Part shown: in pieces, positions 1-12,434 of the stretch
Layout of the letters: every line of letters starts with the position of its first letter
How positions within the stretch are numbered: position 1 is the stretch's first letter
Source: Chlorokybus atmophyticus
Lineage: Eukaryota; Plantae; Mesostigma and Chlorokybus algae
Assembly (NCBI GenBank): GCA_009103225.1
Contig: RHPI01001715.1
Coordinates: forward strand, 1,260,428-1,324,427
Reading direction: 5' to 3'
DNA: 64,000 bases
Translations under genes and position numbers: made by a program
Notes under the pieces: model-generated
What the model was told of the DNA's origin: nothing
Seen by the model: only the letters and a program-made list of their open reading frames with translations
Databases searched by the model: none

Positions 1-2451
1 TGAAAACTCTGTTGTGACCGCAAGCGTCCTGACCCGCAGCCGCTGCCACTCGCACGACACCACATGCTGGCAGCTGGTAAGGCCCGGCCATTCTGGCGAA
101 TAGTCGTCATGATCATTCATGGTTGCTATCGTGCATATGCGCGTGTGTTTGCATGCAGCAGCACAACAACTTACGATACGGTGTTGACTGTGACGACGAG
201 TTGCGCAGTTGCCACGAAACCAGCGGACTCCACCATCGCTGTGATAACCTTGTCTCCCGGGCTATTGTACTGACAAAAGTTCTCAGCAACACTTGGGTCC
301 GGTCTCTGCCATCAGCAAAGGCATCTCATCTATGACTGTTGACTGTTGCAACATGCATGCATGCATGCACGCGGCCAACGCGAGCTCAACAACATCAGCA
401 GCTGCTCACCACATTGTCCGGACCACAATCAACCGTGTAGCTGCGACTCTGGCAATAGGGGATATCAGTAACCGGAGTGACTCTAAACCGCTCTCCTACA
501 TGGGCTTCATTGTTGTCAGTCCTGGTTTCTGCGGTAAGGCTCCGGATGATAAATGCCCGCGGGCCGGGGACCGTGAGTGTGGTGTCAAGCACTATCGGGT
601 CGGGTGAGGCAGCGCAGGGTGAGGGGCTACTGGCTCGAACTCTGATTGTGTACACGCCCGGGGGCTTCACGAAATTGTCGAGATACGGTCTGTCCCCGAC
701 GGCATCGTCGAATGCACCGTCGTTGTCGATGTCCCACGCGAGAGTGCGATGCTGCCCGCACGCGTCAAACCCGCCGGATGCACCCAGCTCAATGTAGTCG
801 CTGCACTCCTCCAGGGTGTACGGCCCGGCACTGCACAATCGGCACAACAGAGCAGAGTGACACTCATGCGGCCAACATGCATGCTATGCAAGGACGCAAG
901 GTCAGTGCGCATGTCCTTGCGTGTGTAGCTGGCGCCAGAAGGGCAAGCACGCTGCACGCTGCTGTCACTTACTATGGGATGGTGCCGATCGTTTGGGTCG
1001 TGCTCAGTCCGAAGCACCACTTGCCAGGCTGCAAAGGCAAGAAACAGATAAGTGGGACTGCCAAGCCTCTCCGGAGGACACAGGTTATGCATGCGTGCAC
1101 AGGCACGCATGCAAATGCATGTGTGCATAAGCCTATGCGGCTGCAAAAGGCCGCATGTTGTTAGTTGTATGCGCATGTGCAAGCGTGATTGCATGCAGCG
1201 GTGCGGGCGGGCGAATGCATGCATGTATGCAATCTCGCTCGCCTCCAACGCTCGTTAAATGTGAAGAGCGACTGGAAGGAAATTCTGCCCACCTGCCCGA
1301 TGTTGGAACCTTGTGTGGTTGTATTGGCGATGGCAGCGGTGCGCCCGCCGGGCAGGCTGTAGCCGCGGATTCCATTCCCGACATCGAAGCCAGCTTGAGC
1401 TGTGCAACAGAAGCACACGAACCCCAACCTCTTATGATCAGGTTGTGCACACAGCATGTGCAAGAGGGTGAAGTGTGTGGGGCTGGAGGGTGACCACATA
1501 CCATGGTAGCTGTAGACGGTGGCAAGGCTAGGTTGGGGTCTATCGCTGGCGTACAGTAAGAAAAGGAAGGTTGTGTCGGTGTTGAAAGCAATCACTATCT
1601 GAAATGTTCCGGCTTCTTCTGTGAATGAGCAGCACCGTTTGACCTGCGCACATTGAAAAAGATGTCACTGCATCACATCTCAACAGCGCACGTGCACGCG
1701 AACGCAGAGGCACACACCTTGTTCCAGGTGACAATGACGGCTGATGTTGCGGCGAAGCCAGCTGCAAGTTGTTCGGTAGGAAAGGCTTCACGAGCGTCGT
1801 CGCTGATGCCGGCAAGGACGGCCGTGTCGTCGACCGTGCGGTACGTGGTTTCGCCGCAGTCTGGGCATCTGGTGTCGAGGGCTGTCCAGAAGCCTGCCAC
1901 CATGCTGTAGTACGTGGTTCGCTGAGGGAAGGGGAAGTTCACAGAACTGGACGCGGTAATCAACTTTTTGAAATGCAGTGCCCCGTTGCTGTTAATGTAC
2001 AAGCCGCGTATGCTTGGAGAACCAAACACAGGCACTGCGGATGGCAGGGGGACCAGGTTGGAAGAACATGAATAGCACCTGCTCTCCACAAAGACACGGA
2101 GAGAGAGTTACATGCTCGGACTCGGACATCCTGGTGCTTGCCATCTGCAACAGGGCCATGCACAGTCTACACATGCATGCATTATAGCCATGATCAGTGG
2201 GCTAGGCGCAGGACTATGTCTAACCCCAACAGCTAATGCAAGCCAGCTATGTGACAACAACGTCAACATTAGCCCTAACTTGACAAGTCACCTTGTTGGC
2301 ATTGCACAAACGCACAATCGGGCGACACAAATACGTACTTTTTCATTGTTTTGTCGCCATTGGCAGCACCAAAGGAGTAGAACTCGTCCACTGAGAGGGC
2401 GGAGGCGCAGGCAGCTAGAAGCGCCAGAGACAGCATCCATGCCGCCGCCAT
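1..2451 (-). CDS. Secreted NIDO-domain protein with downstream PKD/Ig-like domain; multi-exon, 3' end beyond left edge
   Basis: ATG at 2451 gives signal peptide MAAAWMLSLALLAACASA, then VDEFYSFGAANGD. A phase-consistent intron (2338..~2079) joins to LYINSNGALHF...MVAGFWTALDT...VIVTWNK. Further exons give TFQIVIAFNTDTTFLFLLY and AQAGFDVGNG..YSLPG..SNIGQVGR (NIDO signature). Later exons give LAWDIDNDGAFDDAVG..PGVYTIRVR (PKD-like). Confidence 0.8.
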
Positions 2452-4020
2452 TGCCACTGGCGGCGGTGAAGAAGGAGAAGCTCGACCCATCCTTGCGGCC
2501 TGCAAAGAAGGCAAGCAGCCAAGCACAAGAATGGTCGGAGAAATCAAGGCCTATGTTTGCAGCTGAGCCGAAGGTTGTGAATAGGCAACCAAGCAATGGC
2601 GAACAGCAAAAAAACAGACTGAAGTGCGTGCATGCAAGCTTGAGCTCACGCACGCACGCACGCACGCACGCAGACATGCACAGCGGAGCAGCACACAGAG
2701 TGGAAATGCGAGGCGTCGGCAGCAGCAAGCGATCGCAGCAACAAGGCAGAGATAGCGTTTCAGACACAGACAGGCCCAAGCACAGAGCACTCACCGGGCC
2801 GCACAACACAGCGTAGCGGCGGCGGCCACCAAGGGCACTGTGCGCTAGTCGCAAGTGAAGCAAAGCTCACATACACTTCTCTGCTTGCACAGGGCAAGCT
2901 CAGCTGTGGTACGGTACCACATCCCCGGCTTTGACATTCATAAAAAAGAAAAGACATATAGCTTACTGAAAGGTGCCATGTAAGTAAGCTACGTGACGTA
3001 AGGCCCAAAGCCTAAGCAAAGCCTAATAGTATTCGGCCAATGAGCCATTGCTTGGGGCTCTTCATTAAAGGTACATATCAGTCACATCAGGCCAGATGCT
3101 GCGCGGCTGCCTACTCGTAGAGAGCGCGTGGTACTCCTGTGGGCAAGTCGCGGGTGCGTGCGCGGCAAAAGTGCAAGCTGCGCCTACCAACACCTACCAA
3201 ACGTTACATCGGCTGTGGGTATAATATGCCAACTATGAGTCACGACTTATACCTTTAAGTCATAATGTGACGCTTAAAACCACCGCACTGTCACTAAAAC
3301 TGGCCGCAATTGCAGTAGGCTTGTTATGTGCGCTACTGAGAAATCTACCGCTAAGAAAACCGCCGGAGAATGTTTCACTGCATTGCGTTTCTGCCCTGCT
3401 AGCAGTGCCCTCGTATATAGGCCTGCAGCAAGATTCGTAAGCTCCAAGCGGCGCGCGTTCAGGTGTACTACTACTTGCTTGAGCAAGACGCTGGTGCGTG
3501 CGGGGGGAAACCGAAAAGTAGTTGGGAGGAGAGACTCACGGTCCGTTTATACGTGAGTTACATGGATGAAGCTACAGGTAGCGGGCACGCGGTTGCCTGT
3601 AGGCGGGGACACCTGACTCACTTGACTCGCCTGAATTAATGCGAAGCCAGGCCTGTAGCCAAGCTGAGATACTGTCTAGCACCCAAGGCACCCAAACTCG
3701 CTCGTACTCTACCAATTCTAACCAAGCATGCTGGGCGCCTTTAGTCAAGCTACCAGGGGTGGCATTGCACACTACAGAACACAAACTGAATGTTGCATTG
3801 CATGCTTCATGTATGCGTTTTTGTGCATGCTCCCGAGTGTACCGACATGCAGTGTTGACATTTTGAGTTTGCGAAGCTTGTAATGCCACAACGGCAAATA
3901 AACACATTACCATAACAATGAGCAATTGCAGCCAATTGCAGACAATCAGTACCAACAGTGCGAGCATGCACCAACATTTTCTACAGCGGTAGGTAAGCTA
4001 GGTAGTGCAACGATACCAAA

Positions 4021-7000
4021 CTATACTATACCCATAATCTGCTTCTCCAACTTGTCCAACCGTTTCACCTTAAGCACAGACACCAGCGACTGCAGCATGA
4101 AGAAGCCGCACATCGCAAAGCTCGCTAGCGCAGGTTGCCTCACGGCATTTGCCTGCAGCGTCGTGCCAATGTTGGCAAAGGTTGCAGCCAAGACGCCCTT
4201 GAATATGAGCGACTGCATCTCCGCAACGCGCTTGAACGCGCGCTCGGACTCCAGCGTGCGCACCCGCAGCTTCAGATCTCCCTGCTCCAGCCTCTCAAGC
4301 ACGTTCTCCAACTTAGCAATGCGGTCGGGGCCCTTGAACAGATTGCCGATGGCGGAGTTGTTCCTCTGCAGACGCGTGCTCAAGTCCTTCACCACCAGGT
4401 TGACGCCCACCTCTTTGAGGTTGAGGATCTCCTGCACGAACGGCTTTGCGATCTCAGTGATGTCGAAACGGGGGTCAAGGCTCTTGCCGATGCCGTCCAG
4501 GACCGTGAAGGAGCGGACGACAAACGTGAAGGTTGCGGGAAAGCGGAATGGTTGATCGGCGGCAACGGCCAGAAGGTCTTCACCTATGCTCGCAAGCCGT
4601 TGGCTGCGCTTGGCTTGCTTCTCTTCTTTGGATAGCTTGGGTTTGAACCCAGCGACCTCACCTTGCTGCTTCTCTTCCTTCTGCTTTTTCAACCTTTCAC
4701 CAAAGGAGTCCAAGAAGAACTGCGCTGTCCTTCGAATTGATACCATGTCACCGGTGGGTACGAGCACGCCCATCTTCACCATCGCATCCAGCACCTTGCT
4801 GGCATCACGCTCGTAAACAGCGTAAAAGGCGTCCTGCAAACCGCTGCGGATGTCCTTGTTGATCCTTCCCATCATACCAAAGTCATAGTAGATCAACCTC
4901 CCGCCTGTCTCCGCGTCTACAGCAATGTTGCCTGGATGCTGCACCATACAATTACATGTAATTAGTGAGATGCGAGTTGGAGGACAGAACAGACTAAAGC
5001 ACCAGGTGTGTACCGGATCTGCATGGAAGAAACCGTGCCGCAGAATCTGCATGAGGTAGCTCTCCACGCTTAACCTAGCCAGGCGCTGGCGGTCCAAGCC
5101 CAATCTGTCTATGCCAGCTGCATCATTGATCTTCAGGCCGGGAGCGTACTCCTGTACATAGCGATGACCCAGTGAGATCAGCAACAGCTCTCACACACTA
5201 GCAAGCTCTCATGCATACAGATTGAGTTGCATTTTCAATGGCACCATTGTAAGGACTCGCTTGGTTGTGTACGGCCAGTAGATCTCCGGAACCTTGACCC
5301 AAGGCTCATTGGCAAAATTCCTCCTGAACTCCTCAGAATTCTCACCTTCCTGCAAACGTGCTGGTTAAGCAACCCAACACAGTGGCCTCCAAGCAGTAGT
5401 GTAAACAAACTTTGCTTGCGCACTGTTACAAACTGTTCAAAGGAAAATAAACGATGGCTTACCTGTACATAGTCAATCTCGCGGTACAACATCTGTGCGC
5501 ACTCGTCATAGATGGCAACCCAGTCACGCTTGGCACCATCAGTCTTGGGGTCAATCTTCTGCAGGTTGACGGCCAGAACTCTGAGGTTCTTCAAGTCAAT
5601 ATCAAACAGGTCCTGCCAGACACACACCCTATGAGCAAGCAACGCAAAATAAGGCGCAAAAGGGCGACTTCCATGTAACACCAATGGTGCTTACCTTCAG
5701 TCCAGGTCGCTGGACCTTTATAACCACCTGCTTCCCATTCAACACCGCTCGATGAACCTGCACCGCGAGCAACAGTAAATACATGTAGAGAATGTCCTGT
5801 GCCGGATGAGCGTCTGATATGTGAGGACCAGGCCGACAAACACTCTGCGCTTTGCAGACCTGCCCAAGACTGGCAGCAGCTATGGGAACATCTTCAAACG
5901 AGTCAAAAACAGCCTCAACCGGCCTGCCAAGCTCTTCTTCAATGATTTGGCGAGCGACTGTATGATCAAAGGGGGGCACTCTATCCTGTGAGGTATACAA
6001 TATCAGCGGCATTACCACATAACACTGTTGCATGCCGTCAACCACTTGGTGTGTTTACTAACATCTAACCATGCTGGCACGCCTGCAAACGTTGATGCAC
6101 AATTGTGGCAGCTGCTGGCATCTCAGCAAGATGTCTCACCTGTAGAGACTCCAACTCCTTCACAAACTCCGGTGATAACACATCAACACGTGTGCTGAAC
6201 TGCTGTCCTAGTTTGATGAAAGTAGGTCCCAACCGCAACAACTCATCCTTTACCCATCTAGCAAGGATGCTTCTCCTTTCGGACTGCTTCGCGGGTGTCA
6301 TGCCACCCTGATAACCAATGACTGAGCAACTGCCGTCACAACCCTACGGCTGTTCAACTTGCAAAGCGTACCTTGTAAGTCCATTTCTGCTTTATCAGAA
6401 AATTCTTGATGAAGAAACTGGCCACAAACTTCCAAATCTCAAATGAGCGCTGCAACGTGCCATAGGTCTTGAAGCGGTTCCACTTGCCGCCTGCAGCCTC
6501 TGCCACAACCGCTGCGGCCTTAAGCTGGGATTGAGTGGGCGTCTGCAGTGGTGCTTCCAAAACTGGACTGCTGGTTGCGCTCGAAAATGGAGGCACCACC
6601 TGCGCGTGAGTGACACCAAATGGTCCATATAGGTTTGCACTAATACATTGAAAACCTTGGAGTAGACCTTTCCAGTCCCATGCCAGCATCCACACTAAAT
6701 GACACAAGACTGACGCGCACGCTCATGTGCGCGAACATGTGCAAAAGTGCTGTCCTGCAAGCACACGCGCGCACCTTTACGCATGCCACATGCAGCACAG
6801 CACCTTGGCATCAACAATCATGCATTATTCACACCAACTTCTTGAAAAACCTCTCGTCTAATGATTCTCGTCGCATACCGGCATGCAATCGACCAAGTGA
6901 AGTACGCACACATGCGCACAAGCCCCATCACAAACATGCACATGCATAAATTGATGAGCTCTCATAGTTGAAGTTACCCAACATACCGTTTGTTGTGAAG

Positions 7001-8164
7001 AACCAGATACGGATGCACCCAGAGACTCTTCCAGCCTCACACCGTTTGGTTCGTCAAACTCCTTCATAATAACTGCAGCGACTGCACTGGCATCAACACC
7101 ATTGCCGTTCAGCTGTTCGGCCTCCAGGACAGCAGTGCCGTTGCCATTTGCCTATCGCATGGCCATGAACCAATCAATAACCTGGCGACTGCAATTGCAG
7201 CTCAGCATATCTGTGACATTAAATTTAGTAAGGCTTATGACCATGACAAACTGCATGACATGTGAAAAAACAGCCAGCAAAACTGCAATAGACATTGCGT
7301 GTGGCTGACCAGGTTTGCAAGTCAGTGCCTACCGATAGCTAGAAAAACTTTCGCAAGCATACCAAAAACAAGCACAGTGCCCATGGAAGTGCCTTTTTAC
7401 TATAAGCACCTGGAGACAGCGTAAAATGTAGTTCTGCTGTCGCATGACTGAGGGTCACTGCACACAGCTTGCTATGAACCCCAGGGACGTGTTTTCGTAT
7501 ATTGAGTAATACATATCAAATGACGGGGAGCAGGCTTATAGCTGCAACAAATTGCGGAAGGCAGAACTGTTGCAGGCGAGCATACTAAACTAAAGACACG
7601 CCTACCCTGTACATGCATGACACTTTTATGGTGTTGAGCAGACAACGTCCACAACACATACAGATCTATGAGATTCTGAAATTATGGTGTTGAGCAGACA
7701 ACGTCCACAACACATACAGATCTATGAGATTCTGAGAAGCACTGAACATCTCAAAGGCACCTCACCTTGCGCTTGACCCCGTTGAGCTCCGCACCGTTCG
7801 TCGAGGCCTCAAGCACAGCTGCGTTGTTGGCCAAGGCCTCCTTCAAGTTGACGACGCCATTCGTGTACACCCCGTTCACCTGCCCGTTCCCGTTCCCGTT
7901 CAGCCCAGCGCTCCCGTTGCTCCCGTTGCTGGCTGAGTCTTCACGAAGGGCCTCCAGGGCAGCATCCTTGCCAGCTTGCGCCCACACCAGCAGAGGAGCT
8001 GCACCTCTTCTGCTGCTGTTGCTCTGCTTACTCCTCTGCAACGCTCTCCCAGACCCACCCACCGCAGCTCCCCTCACCACAGTCTTGCTGCTGGGCACCA
8101 CCTGGCAGCTGCCCGCAGCTGAGCCCAGCATCGCCGCCGCTGCCGCCGCCGTTGTCGTCGCCAT
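4021..8164 (-). CDS. ABC1K8: Plastid ABC1/UbiB atypical kinase, ABC1K8 (OSA1)-like; multi-exon
   Basis: Exons encode an Ala/Ser-rich transit peptide, [74 protein letters not shown] and [25 protein letters not shown]. Stop at 4021. Confidence 0.88.
7626..7735. repeat. 56-bp direct tandem duplication in ABC1K8 intron 1
   Basis: TTATGGTGTTGAGCAGACAACGTCCACAACACATACAGATCTATGAGATTCTGA occurs at 7626 and again at 7682. Confidence 0.95.
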
Positions 8165-8685
8165 GCTGGCCACACCTAGTGACGCCAGCTGGCAGCCTCG
8201 ACTAGGACACTTGCACACAGCTGCGAAAGGGCAGCCACTACTTGCCGCCGGATGCCCGCCCCCAGGTGTCTCCCAACGCATAGAGCGCGCACCCCTAAAC
8301 CCAGTCCGCTTCAACCATGCTTGTGCTGATATCTAGTAGTTTATCACTTGCTGCCGCAAAGGCACCGATGTAGATGCCACTGACCAGTACCAGGGTTGAA
8401 AGTTGACCGGGTCGCTTGTGACCTGCCAAGCATTGAGCGCTGCCTATTGGGTCCGTCGCGATTGCGCTTATGTGGCGGGGCCGCGCCTGGGCCGAGTTTT
8501 GAATTGTTTCTGGCCACCAGTATGAGGGGTAAGTCGCTGCCAGCCAGGTCCACACAAGTATCTAGCACTGATGAGAGATGACCGGTCGCTGGTCTCATGG
8601 GTTGGTAATCGTTGTGTGATGACAACTAAAAATTGTACATTTTCGATTTTTCCGGTATACAATAACACATACAAAACAAACAGTC

Positions 8686-9020
8686 AACGAGCGGTGCGGC
8701 TGATTGGGCGGGATCGGGCCGGCCGGCCGACGGGGAGGCCGGCATTAGGGCACAAAGACACATCACGCGCACTGAGGGCCATCACACACGGCACCCGAAA
8801 CTACATGCCTGCCGCGCATACCGAGCAGCCCGCCTGCCTCTCATTGGCTATGCGACGTTTATCAGCTATCGGCCATTCGGTTTGTGTTAAACAAATCTCA
8901 ATATTCCAAAGCACATCCCCATATCGTGCAATTGCACAAAGTATATGCGAATGAATAAAAGAATCCATACATTTTGAGCACAATATGCACGGTCACATAT
9001 GCGTCATGTGTGCGTTATAC
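8686..9020 (+). repeat. Dispersed repeat family, copy A (5' part only)
   Basis: CAACGAGCGGTGCGGCTG...GGCCGGCATTAGGGCAC...CACGGCACCCG...CTCATTGGCTA...AAAGCACATCCCCAT is shared with 29174-29480. Confidence 0.8.
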
Positions 9021-9224
9021 AGTCCACCCCCGCTAAAAGACTTGACTCCAAGAGAATAACCCCTTGTAGCATACATTTTGAGATCACCGACGATGCTACG
9101 GCAAATGTTAGTGCTTTAGAGAATATGACTAACCGCGAAGAGCATATTATTTTTCATAACATTTTTGCAAACGTAAGTGTGCAACGTAAGTGTTAACATT
9201 GAGGGAGTAGCGCGTGACGGGTTT

Positions 9225-9355
9225 GTCATCAGGCATAATGAGTGTAATGGACAAGGCGTGATGGGTACAGTGCAACGCGTAATCAGCATAATGAGCGTGA
9301 TGGCATAATAGACGTGACGTAATGCGCGTGATGTAATGGGTGTAATGGGCGTATT
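9225..9355. repeat. Degenerate short-period repeat, (GCGT/GTGT)AATGG-like units
   Basis: Repeated cataatgagtgtaatgg / cataatgagcgtgatgg / gtgtaatgggcgta units. Confidence 0.55.
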
Positions 9356-9639
9356 AAACTGCTTTATAGCATACAGATGCTCTTAATGTTTAAGACCATA
9401 TTATGCTCTTTATCGCCAAGAATATAACCCCGCCAGGAGCAAACTATCTTTAAAAATAAACAGTATGCTATTAAAAGGGGTGGACTGTACAATAAATGTT
9501 TTAATGTAATTAGGTACAACTATGTACCTTAACTGTACAGTCTACCTCCACCATAAAATTCACGTGTATCTTTCAGCTTTCATTCCATCAACGGGGTTAT
9601 TCTCTTGGCGATTACAATAATATATACCCTTTTATTCTT

Positions 9640-10490
9640 TACCGGCCGGCCTGTCGGCATTCAACCTTCATCACATCCCGCGGCAGGGCCATCACACGGC
9701 ACCCGCGACTGCCGGGCTGCGCGGCACTATGTGCGGCCCGCCTGCTTCTCATTGGCTAGGCGGCGAGAACAAGCGTTACACCGTTAGATCTACCTAACAC
9801 GATCATGGCCGTTCAAAGCACATCCAATCTTCTAAGCGCATGCCAATAAATGTAAAATTAAGCACAATTCTGCATACGTGGCCGCTTATGGCTGCATATT
9901 GATCATTTTAATGTGTTACATTAATAATATTGATAAATATGCTGCAATATGGTGCAATATGGTGCAATATGGCTAGTAAGTGTTACAAAACTTAATCCAA
10001 TGTAACGTTTACGCCACGGTACGTGCTGCAAAATTGCAGTTAGTAATGCCGAGGTTACAACCATGAAAATAATGCTAACCTGAATTACCTTAACGTTAAG
10101 ATTCAACTAAACGAAAAATTGCATCGTTAGGCCACCATCTGGTCACGCATGGGATTGATCAAATGGGATCGCAACGGTGACAACAGCCAGTTGCTCAAAA
10201 AGGCAGCGAAATGGCCAATCATTGCAAAAATGCGTAAAAGATGCTAAAAAATATCTCAGCGGCAACCGCTTACCAACGGCGACTTAAAATTGCTAGGGAT
10301 TTAGTGCAATTGCGGCACAGTTAGTGGTTAAAACGGCCGCGCTTTTGGCGGTACGAGGTCGGGGCAGGCCTCATACCCCAAAGACATGCCGCCACTACTC
10401 ACCCTCGTTCTAACTAATCCACTCTACCCTTTGACGCTAATTGATTACACACTATAGTTACTGCGTCATCAAACATGGTCAACAGCCGAA
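9640..10490 (+). repeat. Dispersed repeat family, copy B
   Basis: Colinear with the reverse complement of 46615-47640, from CCGGCCTGTCGGCATTCAACC to CATCAAACATGGTCAACAGCC. Also matches 29570-29990. Confidence 0.9.
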
Positions 10491-10792
10491 CCAATGACAA
10501 ATATCACATGTACAGAGTATAATGTATGACCGCAGGTTGAATGCACGCATGACTTGTGTGCAATGTCTTTAAATTTGCATCTTGTATATCAAGATAAATG
10601 TTAAGTTGTATATTGCATGTGCATCTATGTTGTATGCAATAATAGATTCCATGCATCAATTGCAATTGCACAATTGTCTCTGCACATACGGCACATACTA
10701 TCACAAAGCGGTATATTACAGTACCCTTTAAAGGGTGATGATGTATTGCAACAGAATGTCATTTTTGATCATATAATATATGATGATGTATA

Positions 10793-11008
10793 ACCATTGT
10801 ACCTTCATTTTTATATTTTACTTACACAAAGAACTTGTTACATGTTATATTAAGACGTTATGTATAATTGTACCTGCGTGTCTATGTTATGTTATAATAT
10901 ATATTTTTGTAAGACCATCATATCTTCATTTTTTATATTTTTTACACAAAGAACTTAATGCATGTTATATCAAGACGTTTTGTAATTGTACCTGCGTGTC
11001 CGGATTAT
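10793..11008. repeat. Diverged ~120-bp tandem duplication in an AT-rich intergenic block
   Basis: CTTCATTTTTATATTTT..TACACAAAGAACTT..CATGTTATAT.AAGACGTT..GTAATTGTACCTGCGTGTC occurs twice (~10800 and ~10920). Confidence 0.85.
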
Positions 11009-11440
11009 ACTACATAACACACAGGAGTTGCATATATAGCAGACTCCGTAGTAAAAAGAGGTAGTAATGCACAAGCAATGCAGCAAGGCTCACATTTAAG
11101 ACTATGTGGGGACCAAAACGTATCAAAAACATAACATGCAACTTTTATCGACCAATAATAATGTGAGTTATTTTACATATATGGTGAAAATTTTCCGGCA
11201 ATACAAAATTGTGTAGTATAAACGTTAATATAAATATTATGATTAAAATACAGAATCATAAACTCGTGCGCGATATGGTATAACTTGTATGCACTGTTTA
11301 TGCTTATTTGATTTGTTTACTTACATTATGAACATGATGCTATTGGTTGTGATCATCAAATATGTGTGTGCATGACAATTGCAGCATTCTGTAATTCGTC
11401 GAGTACAACCCTCACATAATAATATCTCAATGAATTGAGA

Positions 11441-11458
11441 GGGGGGGGGGGGGGGGGG
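11441..11458 (+). repeat. G18 homopolymer at the edge of the AT-rich block
   Basis: Directly visible run of 18 G. Confidence 0.9.
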
Positions 11459-12434
11459 TGTTTACTCCCCTTTACACTCATATTGTCCCCTCATACAACA
11501 CCTCATTGAGTTTTACGCACCCCCCTAACAACAACAAGTCTCGGGCCTTCTTATGAAAGGGTTGTATTCAATAAATTGCGGCATTTGGCGCGTGGTTTGA
11601 AATACAATAACAATACCGATGCATTTATACAAAAACCGTTTATTGCTGCAAGTTTCAAGACTCATTAGATAATCATACATGCTTGGCATTGCATAATACA
11701 GCGAACCGTGTACACAGTAACACAACAACACATCAAGCCATGTACACACAATAATTGCACCAACACAGCCCCTGCAACACATCAGGCAGCACATCATGCA
11801 GCACATCATCACATGCGCGTACACACCAACACATCTACATGCAAAGCACCCACATTACATCATGCAGCACAAACACACCAACTCCTACCCCGAGAGCGTC
11901 GTGTTTACAATGTAAGTAAACAACATAACAGTAAGCACATCAACACATCCTCATGCCCTTCGCTTATTGCCTTAAGCTTGCTGTTGCTGACGCTTGCCTA
12001 TTGCACTACCAAGACTCCATCCTGACCGCCGGCCCTGTGCACACGGTTGGTTGATTGATGTTGACATACTGCTACATCACGTCCCTCCGTCCCATTTGCC
12101 AAACTTGGACTGTGCACATAATCTTGCATTGCCCATGCCGTAATGCCGTAAAGCTCTTGTCGTGCTTGTTGTTTGCCTGGTTTGCTGTCTGCTATTGCTT
12201 GACATCTGAGCTGAAGAGAAGCCTGTACATGTTGTAAGGTACATGTTGTTGCAGGATAGCAGTTCTCAGCTTCATTTTTGCTGACTTGGCCAGACGTTCT
12301 TGCCAACAACGTCCACAAGCGCGATCGGGATTGAGTGCAGCGCGTCTCGGTCCCGTTTCCTCCATCACGATCGCCATTGCCTCACGTGATGTCCGTCCGC
12401 TTGTCGTTGCCGTGGTTGTTGCCGTCCGCCGCCG

